From IMG/VR virus record IMGVR_UViG_3300020161_000500, positions 1 to 24,677 of that record: DNA of 24,677 nucleotides; one strand, written 5' to 3'. The stretch comes from a virus. Taxonomy: Duplodnaviria > Caudoviricetes. The notes under the pieces are model-generated. The model saw nothing but the letters and a program-made list of their open reading frames with translations, was not told the DNA's origin and searched no databases. Made by a program: the position numbers and the translations under genes. Shown here piece after piece: positions 17,550 to 24,677 of the stretch (positions are counted from its first letter, which is position 1; the number at the start of each line of letters is the position of its first letter).

Positions 17550-18298
17550 TGAAAAAACAGTCTGTTAAAACATTACTGATTGTAATTTTATGGTTTATAG
17601 CTATGTTTCTTATAGCTCAAAAGGCTACATCGCAAGTTATAGGTAAAACAACTACTGAAGACTATAAAGCTTCTTTTGAGAAGAAGTCAAATATAGATAG
17701 TTTACTTGAGTACGACGGTCCTAAAATTCCTATTCAAATACTTAGCTTAGGTATTAGTGACGAAGTGTACGCTATGTATCCTGAATTAAAGGACAAACGT
17801 GTTGGTTTAGGTGTAACTAATATTGTAGTTGAGTTCTTAGAAGAGACTAACCATTTTACATTTACTGAGGATAAAACAGAGATCAAGAATAGAATGGTTA
17901 AACAGTTTCAAGCATCACAGTCAGGTATAACTCAAGACAAGTTAGATGGTAGAGGTAAGATACGTTTAGCTCATTACTTTGCGTACATCGAATGCTACGA
18001 CTTCTCAGTTTCAGAAGATGAAACATTAAACATGAAAGACGGAGTTAAGAACACAGTCGTAACTCGTTTAGGTCTACAAGTTAAATTTGTTGATGCTGAA
18101 ACAGGAGAATATTTCACTGGTTCAGGTTTGGGTGAAGCTAAGACAGTTAGAGAATTAACATTAATGAATGACGATAACTTTAGTGAAGTTAAATTTAATC
18201 AATCAACAATAGGTACATCAACTAAAAAAGCATTAGAGATTGCAGCAGGCAAAATATTGCTTCGCATGCATAAGAAAGGAATATTTAAAATGCAATAA
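17549..18298 (+). CDS. CsgG/HfaB family protein
   Basis: Signal peptide; GLGVTNIVVEFLEETNHFTFTE...RLGLQVKFVDAETGEYFTGSG pattern of the CsgG family; no lipobox. Confidence 0.72.
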   Translation: MKKQSVKTLLIVILWFIAMFLIAQKATSQVIGKTTTEDYKASFEKKSNIDSLLEYDGPKIPIQILSLGISDEVYAMYPELKDKRVGLGVTNIVVEFLEETNHFTFTEDKTEIKNRMVKQFQASQSGITQDKLDGRGKIRLAHYFAYIECYDFSVSEDETLNMKDGVKNTVVTRLGLQVKFVDAETGEYFTGSGLGEAKTVRELTLMNDDNFSEVKFNQSTIGTSTKKALEIAAGKILLRMHKKGIFKMQ

Positions 18299-18299
18299 T

Positions 18300-18575
18300 A
18301 TGTCTACGAAAGAAAGCGGAAGCGGGTTTATGGATACGTTTTTAAGTAAATTAAAGGAGCAATCATTTACCATTATACTGTTAGTTGCTATAATGTACTA
18401 TCAAAATCAGAGATATCAAGAACAGGTTTCTGGTTATAAACAAATGATTAATGACAAAGAAGAAATTATTTTAAAATTAAATGATGATGAAAGACAAAGG
18501 TTGATTGAACGAAATCAATATTTGCAGCAACAAAGAGATAAGTACGTAGAAGAGTTAATAGATAAAACAAAATAA
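18300..18575 (+). CDS. Single-TM coiled-coil protein
   Basis: FTIILLVAIMYY followed by heptad-like charged sequence; ATG at 18300 follows the upstream stop. Confidence 0.65.
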   Translation: MSTKESGSGFMDTFLSKLKEQSFTIILLVAIMYYQNQRYQEQVSGYKQMINDKEEIILKLNDDERQRLIERNQYLQQQRDKYVEELIDKTK

Positions 18576-18576
18576 A

Positions 18577-19539
18577 ATGAATGAACAATCAGGCACACAA
18601 GCTTCAGTTGAAATAAATGATAACGTATCTGTAAGCACAGGTAATGAACAAGTAGGTGCAAGTGCAGATGCGTCTTATAGTGCAAGTGCAGATGCAAGCG
18701 CACATGCCGAAGCAGGTATTGATGGTGGAATGGCTCATACATCAGCAGAAGCTAGTGTACACGCTGAAGTAAATGCTGAAGCAAATGCAGAAGCACATGC
18801 TAATCAAGAATTAGGTGGAGGTGTAAGTGTAGGAGCTGAAGTAGACGCTCATGCTGAAGCTCACGCTAGTGCAGATGCAAGTGCTGAAGCACATGCTCAA
18901 GCAGGATGGGATGGTTCAGATGCTAAAGCAGAAGTAGGTGCTAGTGTAGAAGCTAGAGTTGAAGTAGGAGCAAGTGCTGAAGCAAATGGTAAAGTAGGAG
19001 TCGATACACCACTTGGAGAAGTAGCAGCTACAGGTACAGCTGAAGGACATGCTAGTGCTTATGCTGAAGCTCATGCTGGTGCTGAAGCTCATGCTTCAGT
19101 AGGTGAACATGGAGTTGATGTAGGTGCTGGTGCTATAGCAGGTGCTGGTGTTGGAGTTGAAGCAGGCGGTAGTGCCGGAGTTAACACACCAATTGGTGGT
19201 GCTAAAGTAAGCGGAGAAACAGGTGCTAGTATAGGTTTACAAGCAGGAGCTGAAGGTGAAGGTCATACAACATATAACGATGGTGAAGTTAGCGTTGGTA
19301 TTAGTGGCGAAGCAGCTTTATTAGTAGGATTAAAAGCAGATGTTAATGTTGATTTGGATTTGAAACCAGCAATTAATGTAGGAGAGACAGTTGTAGATAA
19401 CACTCCTAAAGTAGTAAATAATGTTGTTAATGAAACAAGTAATACTGTAAACAACGTAGTTAACAACGCTGGTAACGCAATTGCAGATACAGGAAGAAAA
19501 ATAGAAAAAAGCAAAGCAAACCCTAAAAATTGGTTTTAA
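18577..19539 (+). CDS. Ala/Gly/Val-rich low-complexity beta-repeat protein
   Basis: Long (A-x)n alternations such as AHAEAHASADASAEAHAQAG, punctuated by Gly turns; Asn/Val-rich tail; no signal peptide. Confidence 0.75.
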   Translation: MNEQSGTQASVEINDNVSVSTGNEQVGASADASYSASADASAHAEAGIDGGMAHTSAEASVHAEVNAEANAEAHANQELGGGVSVGAEVDAHAEAHASADASAEAHAQAGWDGSDAKAEVGASVEARVEVGASAEANGKVGVDTPLGEVAATGTAEGHASAYAEAHAGAEAHASVGEHGVDVGAGAIAGAGVGVEAGGSAGVNTPIGGAKVSGETGASIGLQAGAEGEGHTTYNDGEVSVGISGEAALLVGLKADVNVDLDLKPAINVGETVVDNTPKVVNNVVNETSNTVNNVVNNAGNAIADTGRKIEKSKANPKNWF

Positions 19540-19588
19540 AAAATATAGGAAGTGATTGTTCTGAAGTTATTAAAATAAAACTGGATGA

Positions 19589-21034
19589 TTGAGAAGACTA
19601 AGAACATACTTAAGTATATTGTTCATTATATGTCTCAGTTGGAAAGCTGAAGCACAAACACTTACGTATTCTTTCATAGATCCTTGTACAAAAGCGGTAA
19701 CGTATTTTTCAATACCTGCTACTGGCACAACAGTATTCTTTTTAAGTCAATCAAAACAATTTACATCAGCAGATATTCAAAGTGGTGCATTTGCTACTTG
19801 GGTTAATCAAGTTTATGCTGATTATCGTAAAGTATCACCTTGTGGTCAACAGCAAGGACAAGTAACACAAAACCAAATTACAGCTCAAATTATAGGTAGC
19901 ACTGTACAAAGTATAGTGAGTAGCATAATGAGTCAAGCTCAATCTGCTGCTACAAGTACAATTACAAATGTAGCTACATCAGCGTCTACGTCTAATTCAT
20001 CCTCAGCAGGAAGTAGTGACGCTGCAAGTAAAAACAATAAGAATGGTAATAATAAGAAAAAAGAATCAGTTGGAGCTAATAATCAATCTAGCTCTTCAAA
20101 TACAACGAGTGGTAGTACTAATGACCAATCTACTTCTACAAGTAATACAAACACTAATAATAGCAATACTAATACTGGGAGTAGTAATACTAACAACAAT
20201 ACCAATAACAGTAGCAGCAGTACTAATACACAAAATCAGAATGATAGTAAGAAAGATGAAAAAGGTAAAGAAGTTGCAGCAACGACAACAATGAATATAG
20301 ATCAACAAAACCAAAACAGCTCTAAAGATGATAATAGTAGCGGAGGAGGTAAGGGTGGTAAAAATGGAGGTAAAGGTGGATCAACTAATCCATTAATAGT
20401 ATCGTCCGACTTTACAACAGCTCAAAATCTAGATAAGTCTTTTACTCCTATACTTAACTTGAGTATGTCTCAATCATCAATGACAGGCATGTCAAATTGG
20501 GGTATAACATCAATGATATGGTTTAATTTTAAACAATTCGCTTTATCTGGTAAGTATACTAAAATCAACTTTAGTAAGAATGGTAAACTTAAGTGGGTTC
20601 ATAACTTTAATTTGACAGGCGTATATAGTTATGGTAATATAATTGGGTTTGTTGGTTATAGTGGTATATTAAATGCAGGAAAATGGGGTGTGACTGGATT
20701 TAATACTAGTGCTGCTATAACTAAAGTAAATGGTGAAGAGAAAAATACATTTGTATCCCCATCACTAACAGCATTTTATACTAGACCATTTACTACAGGG
20801 AAAAAATTTACCATATCACCAGAATTGTATATTATTTCAACCCCATTGATCTATTCTACTAATGAGAGAGTGACAACAACAGATAGAACATTTAGTGCGT
20901 TTATAGGTAGCGGCTTTGATTATCAACTAACTAGAAGGTTCAAATTTAATATGAACTACAAAGCAAATATGTCAACTAATCCAGACTTTCCAATCTTATC
21001 ATTCTTTCTAATTGGAAGTAAGATTAATCTATGA
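19589..21034 (+). CDS. Secreted protein with a Ser/Asn/Thr-rich linker and a putative C-terminal outer-membrane beta-barrel
   Basis: TTG start; signal peptide ending AEA-Q; low-complexity middle; amphipathic strands ending IGSGFDYQL...FNMNYK...IGSKINL. Confidence 0.68.
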   Translation: MRRLRTYLSILFIICLSWKAEAQTLTYSFIDPCTKAVTYFSIPATGTTVFFLSQSKQFTSADIQSGAFATWVNQVYADYRKVSPCGQQQGQVTQNQITAQIIGSTVQSIVSSIMSQAQSAATSTITNVATSASTSNSSSAGSSDAASKNNKNGNNKKKESVGANNQSSSSNTTSGSTNDQSTSTSNTNTNNSNTNTGSSNTNNNTNNSSSSTNTQNQNDSKKDEKGKEVAATTTMNIDQQNQNSSKDDNSSGGGKGGKNGGKGGSTNPLIVSSDFTTAQNLDKSFTPILNLSMSQSSMTGMSNWGITSMIWFNFKQFALSGKYTKINFSKNGKLKWVHNFNLTGVYSYGNIIGFVGYSGILNAGKWGVTGFNTSAAITKVNGEEKNTFVSPSLTAFYTRPFTTGKKFTISPELYIISTPLIYSTNERVTTTDRTFSAFIGSGFDYQLTRRFKFNMNYKANMSTNPDFPILSFFLIGSKINL

Positions 21035-22464
21035 GGTTACTACTTATCATATTACTATTTCCCTTCATAGCAATTGGGCAGTCTATAACTGCTCCACCAG
21101 GTAGAACTTATCAAGTTAGCACAGCAAATCAAGATGCTAGTGGATTTGTGATTAGTGGATTTACAACTGAAACACTATTAGCATCAATTGGATTTGTTAA
21201 TCCACCATCAGGTACAACATTTAGTATTACAACTACAACAGGACTTACTAGAGCAACAGGCTATACTAGTTGGACTAATATTACACGTATTAGTTTTACA
21301 GGAACACAAGCTAATATTAATAACGCTTTAGCATCATTGAAGGTAAATACTGGTGCTACTCTAGGTAATGTTCAAATATCAATATCAACAACAGTAAACC
21401 CAACTGGGTATTATTATAATGCTATTAACGGTCACTTTTACTTACCTGTGTCAAGCGGCCAATATTATACGACAGCCAAGTCGTTAGCGGCACAGCAGAC
21501 ATTTAAAGGACAAACAGGATACCTTGTAACAGTTACATCATCAAATGAAGAATCGTTTGTTATATCAAATGTACCTCAAAGTAATATATGGATTGCCCTA
21601 TCAGATGCTGCTCAAGAAGGATATTGGAGAATAGATGCTGGTCCTGAAAATGGTACATTAATTAAAACAGAAAACGGTCAAACAGCTGGTAATATTGTAG
21701 GTCAATATAATAACTGGTGTGTCGGTGAACCTAATAATGCTGGTGGTGAACATTATGCCGTCACAAAATGGGGTGGAGGTAGTTGTTGGAATGACTTACC
21801 TAATAGCTTCAGTTGTGCTTACATAGTTGAATTTGGTACCTGGGCTAATCCAGCTGATGCTACATTTACTGGATTCTACACTGCAAATACTACTAATACA
21901 GTTGCTATAACCAATTTACTATCAGGTACAGTTACTATACCTGGTGGATTAAGTTCAAGACCATTACTTACACTTTATAGAGTAGTAAATGGAGTTGATC
22001 AACTTGTAGACTACAAAACAGTAGCTACAAACGGTACTTATACATTTACATTACCAAACCAAAATTCAACATACAAATTAGTACCTTCATTAACAATGCA
22101 AGGTGTAACATCAACCGATTTTGATTTAGCTTGGGGTGAAGTACAAAATATAAATACACCGACTAATACAGCTGCAGGTCTAGTAATGACAGGTACTAAA
22201 CAATGGAAAGCTGCTGATGCAAATAAGAATGGTGCTCTTGACTTAGGTGATGCTTATTTAATTGCTGCCCACAATAGTGGATATAGATTAATAAATGAAG
22301 TACTATGGTTTAATCCAACTGATTATGATAATATAACTAGAGCTAATTTTGCTATGATTAATCCAGTAACATCATTTACTATAAATGTAGTGACTAGTGA
22401 CATTACTCAAAACATCAAGTACTGTATACTTGGCGATGTAAATTTATCCCACTCTTCTAATTGA
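21031..22464 (+). CDS. Secreted C-type-lectin-domain protein with a C-terminal Ig plus dockerin-like module
   Basis: NGHFY, GYLVTVTS..EE.FV, WIALSD, NWCVGEPNN, WNDL and YIVEF; ADANKNGALDLGD; ILGDVNLSHS. Confidence 0.82.
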   Translation: MRLLLIILLFPFIAIGQSITAPPGRTYQVSTANQDASGFVISGFTTETLLASIGFVNPPSGTTFSITTTTGLTRATGYTSWTNITRISFTGTQANINNALASLKVNTGATLGNVQISISTTVNPTGYYYNAINGHFYLPVSSGQYYTTAKSLAAQQTFKGQTGYLVTVTSSNEESFVISNVPQSNIWIALSDAAQEGYWRIDAGPENGTLIKTENGQTAGNIVGQYNNWCVGEPNNAGGEHYAVTKWGGGSCWNDLPNSFSCAYIVEFGTWANPADATFTGFYTANTTNTVAITNLLSGTVTIPGGLSSRPLLTLYRVVNGVDQLVDYKTVATNGTYTFTLPNQNSTYKLVPSLTMQGVTSTDFDLAWGEVQNINTPTNTAAGLVMTGTKQWKAADANKNGALDLGDAYLIAAHNSGYRLINEVLWFNPTDYDNITRANFAMINPVTSFTINVVTSDITQNIKYCILGDVNLSHSSN

Positions 22465-22541
22465 TTTTATATTTATTAGTAGTAATAAAAAAAATAAAAC
22501 ATTACTATAAAGATATATTGTTAACATAAAACAAAACATCT

Positions 22542-22549
22542 TATATTTG
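22542..22549 (+). promoter_or_regulatory. TATATTTG -7 element, likely driving the tRNA array
   Basis: Intergenic, upstream of the ATG at 22570. Confidence 0.55.
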
Positions 22550-22569
22550 TATTAATCAATCAAACAGTT

Positions 22570-22788
22570 ATGATATACACAATTTGGATCATTAGCATTA
22601 TATACTGCATAGCTAAGATGTACAAATCTTATAACAAGAAAGGAATAGATCCAGTCTATGCTACACCAGGTCTAGAGACTTTAGCAATCCTAGTAATGGC
22701 GCCAGTTCTAATGGCAGTAGACGCAACTCTTACATGGGTTCGTAAGTTCAAAGAATATAGAGAAGAAAAGCAAGATAAGATATTTTAG
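22570..22788 (+). CDS. Small membrane protein
   Basis: Two hydrophobic segments in 72 aa. Confidence 0.65.
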   Translation: MIYTIWIISIIYCIAKMYKSYNKKGIDPVYATPGLETLAILVMAPVLMAVDATLTWVRKFKEYREEKQDKIF

Positions 22789-22793
22789 TTAAT

Positions 22794-22950
22794 TGTCAGG
22801 TGGTGAAAGCTAGATCGGCATGGTATACACACCCTCTCGTCTCGAGGGCGCAGAATATGAGACAGGTAAATGGATATGGGTTGACCACAAAGCCGGCTAT
22901 TTTGTCCCTTACCGAATCACTGCATGGAGGTTCGAATCCTCCCTTGACAG
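22794..22950 (+). ncRNA. Oversized tRNA-like RNA 1 (157 nt; GTC at the anticodon position, G discriminator)
   Basis: TGTCAGG/CTTGACA acceptor stem; GTG/CAC D stem; CCCTC-TCGTCTC-GAGGG arm; ~75-nt structured variable region; GGAGG-TTCGAAT-CCTCC T arm. Confidence 0.75.
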
Positions 22951-22953
22951 CAC

Positions 22954-23255
22954 AGTTACCGTTCTTTGACATATAAGGAGAAATAAAACATGGATATATT
23001 ATCATTTATTTTAGGAATGTCCATTGTGGTGGTTATCGCGGTTGCGGTAGTTGCTGTAATGGCCTTTGTTAAGGTCAATAAACATAACAAAGAAATTGAA
23101 ACAATTCATACCATTATGGGTAATGAATCTGAACGAGTGAATAGAGATATAATGGATACACAAAGAGATATTTACTCTTCGTTAGATTCCAGACTAGATA
23201 AATTAGAAACAAAATTAACTAATAGAAAATAAACAATAGTTAAAGGACGGTAACT
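22954..23255. repeat. 17-nt inverted repeats (22954-22970 and 23239-23255) enclosing ORF 22990-23232
   Basis: AGTTACCGTTCTTTGAC pairs fully with GTTAAAGGACGGTAACT (15 Watson-Crick plus 2 G-U). Confidence 0.75.
22990..23232 (+). CDS. Single-TM coiled-coil protein
   Basis: Hydrophobic N-terminus and LDSRLDKLE tail; TAAGGAG at 22974-22980. Confidence 0.75.
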   Translation: MDILSFILGMSIVVVIAVAVVAVMAFVKVNKHNKEIETIHTIMGNESERVNRDIMDTQRDIYSSLDSRLDKLETKLTNRK

Positions 23256-23402
23256 AAACTTCTGAACACAGTGAGTCTAATAAAACTAGCCCTAAGGCCA
23301 CGGGATCGAAAACTCAGGAATGCCTCTTAACAATGCACAAATATCCTCTGAATCGTTAGTCAGCAGTGTAAGGTAACCCCACTGGGGAATAGGGTTGCAA
23401 AT

Positions 23403-23540
23403 TGTCAGGTGGCGGAAGAAGGACTGCACTGATAAAGCAGTATCCTCATGGTAGACGCATATTAGAAAGCTCCTATAAAGTAATAGTTAATGTCGTGGAG
23501 CTTTGACATTAGCATACAGGTTCGAATCCTGTCCTGACTA
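23403..23540 (+). ncRNA. Oversized tRNA-like RNA 2 (138 nt; no canonical anticodon loop)
   Basis: GTCAGG/CCTGAC acceptor stem; GCG/CGC D stem with an inserted hairpin; TATTA-16 nt-TAATA arm; 9-bp variable stem; ACAGG-TTCGAAT-CCTGT T arm. Confidence 0.75.
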
Positions 23541-23660
23541 CGAGGGGAAAGTAACTTAAAGAGAGCCTCAAATGGAGAATCTGTACAACTTGTCTAGGTT
23601 ATGTACAGTGCGACCGCCGGTAAAGATCTCAGCAAGTGACCGTGGGGAGAGACCCAACCA

Positions 23661-23745
23661 GCCTCGGTGGTGGAATTGGTAGACACGCAGCACTTAAAAT
23701 GCTGTTTGCTGAAAGCGAGTACGGGTTCGATTCCCGTCTGAGGCA
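23661..23745 (+). tRNA. tRNA-Leu(TAA)
   Basis: GCCTCGG/CTGAGGC acceptor; CAGCA-CTTAAAA-TGCTG; long variable arm; T arm; A73. Confidence 0.95.
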
Positions 23746-23749
23746 CTTA

Positions 23750-23823
23750 GGACCTATAGCTCAGCTGGTTAGAGCATCTGACTCATAATCAGAGGGTCCC
23801 TGGTTCAAGTCCAGGTGGGTCCA
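23750..23823 (+). tRNA. tRNA with CAT anticodon, probably Ile2 (lysidine type) rather than Met
   Basis: GGACCTA/TGGGTCC acceptor resembles bacterial Ile2; TCTGA-CTCATAA-TCAGA; lacks initiator features. Confidence 0.9.
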
Positions 23824-23829
23824 CTTCCT

Positions 23830-23911
23830 GCTCCTTTGGCGGAATTGGTAGACGCGCTAGACTTAGGATCTAGTGTCGTAAGACGTAAGAGTTCGAGTCT
23901 CTTAGGGAGCA
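23830..23911 (+). tRNA. tRNA-Leu(TAG)
   Basis: GCTCCTT/AGGGAGC acceptor; CTAGA-CTTAGGA-TCTAG; variable arm; T arm. Confidence 0.95.
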
Positions 23912-24057
23912 CAAAATAAGAAGTATTGAGAATAAACTTAATTGCAGTCTTTGTAAAAAATACTCCACTTAGTATTTTAATAATCATATTGACATGATAT
24001 ATGCTTATATTTAATAAGCGCAATCTAAAATTATATTGTCAACATAAATAACAACAA

Positions 24058-24297
24058 ATGCAACAACAAAAACAAGTTAGAGTCAATATACCTATTGACA
24101 AAACCACTGGAGTTTCTTGTGAAGAATGCGGATGTACTGCATTCCAAGAAGCTTTAATGTTACGTAAGGTTAGTAAGTTTTTAACAGGAGACTCACAAGA
24201 CGGTATTATGCCTATAGCAACATTCTCTTGTGTAAAATGTGGACACGTTAACAAAGAGTTTTATCCTAAAGAATTGACTAAGAATGAGCAAGAATAA
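24058..24297 (+). CDS. Zinc-ribbon protein
   Basis: CEECG...CVKCGH. Confidence 0.75.
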   Translation: MQQQKQVRVNIPIDKTTGVSCEECGCTAFQEALMLRKVSKFLTGDSQDGIMPIATFSCVKCGHVNKEFYPKELTKNEQE

Positions 24298-24550
24298 AGA
24301 CATCTACGGAACAATTACAGAATATAAAGCTGAGAATAGCAGGACTGTACTTAAAGCAGATTCTATTGTAGATTCGGTCGTAGATAAGTTTATTGATCGT
24401 TCTAGAGTAGGTAAAGCAAAATACGGTACAACATTAGATCGTGAAGATTATTCTCTTTCAGAATGGCTTACACATCTTCAAGAAGAATTGATGGATGCAG
24501 TTAATTATATTGAGAGAATTAAGAGGATTGTTGACGGTAAAAAGAACTAA
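24284..24550 (+). CDS. Phage protein, possible MazG-like all-alpha NTP pyrophosphatase
   Basis: G..KYGTTL...WL.HLQEELMDAVNY (EExxD motif). Confidence 0.6.
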   Translation: MSKNKDIYGTITEYKAENSRTVLKADSIVDSVVDKFIDRSRVGKAKYGTTLDREDYSLSEWLTHLQEELMDAVNYIERIKRIVDGKKN

Positions 24551-24677
24551 TGCCTAAACCTAAAATAGATATCAATTGGGCATATCAAAAGGCCGTATCG
24601 TATTCTCAGTATTCTATATATAAACAATGCCAATACCAATGGTATCTAAGCTATATTAAGAAGGAGTCTAGTTTTAA
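24550..24677 (+). CDS. 5' end of a probable PD-(D/E)XK RecB/Cas4-like exonuclease (partial)
   Basis: MPKPKIDINWAYQKAVSYSQYSIYKQCQYQWYLSYIKK; SYS...C...W...Y N-terminal motif; runs off the window. Confidence 0.6.
   Translation, partial: MPKPKIDINWAYQKAVSYSQYSIYKQCQYQWYLSYIKKESSF

Noticed and set aside
5240-20314. Other short minus-strand ORFs and the + ORF 20016-20294
   Set aside because: All overlap well-supported + strand genes; 12992-13285 (-) is the shadow of the 13008 lipoprotein.
18577-20390. CRISPR array or DNA tandem repeat in the repetitive stretches
   Set aside because: The repetition is codon-level low complexity (Ala/Gly and Ser/Asn/Thr); there is no fixed repeat-spacer period.
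22794-22950. Ordinary tRNA-Asp(GTC)
   Set aside because: C33 and U37 are non-canonical, the D loop is enlarged and the variable region is ~75 nt; reported as tRNA-like instead.
23270-23320. Pistol or hammerhead ribozyme (AGCCCTAAG and GGCCACG words)
   Set aside because: The words are in the wrong order for pistol and lack the pairing partner; no CUGANGA/GAAA hammerhead core.
23830-23911. Amber suppressor tRNA or stop-codon recoding
   Set aside because: Anticodon TAG reads CUA (Leu); a suppressor would need CTA. Genes are full length under code 11 and end in TAA, TAG and TGA.
22796-24023. Minus-strand ORFs 22796-23005 and 23805-24023
   Set aside because: Antisense shadows of tRNA or tRNA-like genes.
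24550-24677. CRISPR-Cas locus from the Cas4-like start
   Set aside because: Stand-alone PD-(D/E)XK exonucleases are common in phages; no array or other cas genes are visible.

Overview
A 24.7 kb, AT-rich, densely packed stretch with all credible genes on the + strand. It is most consistent with a large dsDNA tailed phage of a Bacteroidota host, judging by TAnnTTTG promoters, a T9SS sorting signal, a Bacteroidota-style TonB receptor/lipoprotein pair and a YAVAA tmRNA tag; no hallmark capsid or terminase gene is in the window. From left to right: (1) a nucleotide-metabolism/DNA-modification block (DUF6378-like, dUTPase, dCMP deaminase, T4 gp42-like dCMP hydroxymethylase, HAD phosphatase, ThyA), whose first gene was invaded by a free-standing GIY-YIG homing endonuclease that left a dead 5' stub and supplied a new 5' end; (2) a secreted nuclease, thioredoxin and a GH19 endolysin whose leader is one long hairpin; (3) a TonB-dependent receptor plus lipoprotein, a small lipoprotein and a tmRNA with a 23-codon tag; (4) an ~8.5 kb envelope operon with two CsgG-like proteins, a cohesin/dockerin-like T9SS protein, membrane proteins, an Ala/Gly-rich beta-repeat protein, a putative OM barrel and a C-type lectin-dockerin protein; (5) an RNA array with three normal tRNAs and two related oversized tRNA-like RNAs whose anticodon-position loops are complementary to their own expanded variable arms. 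All protein calls come from motifs recognised by eye, not from database searches.
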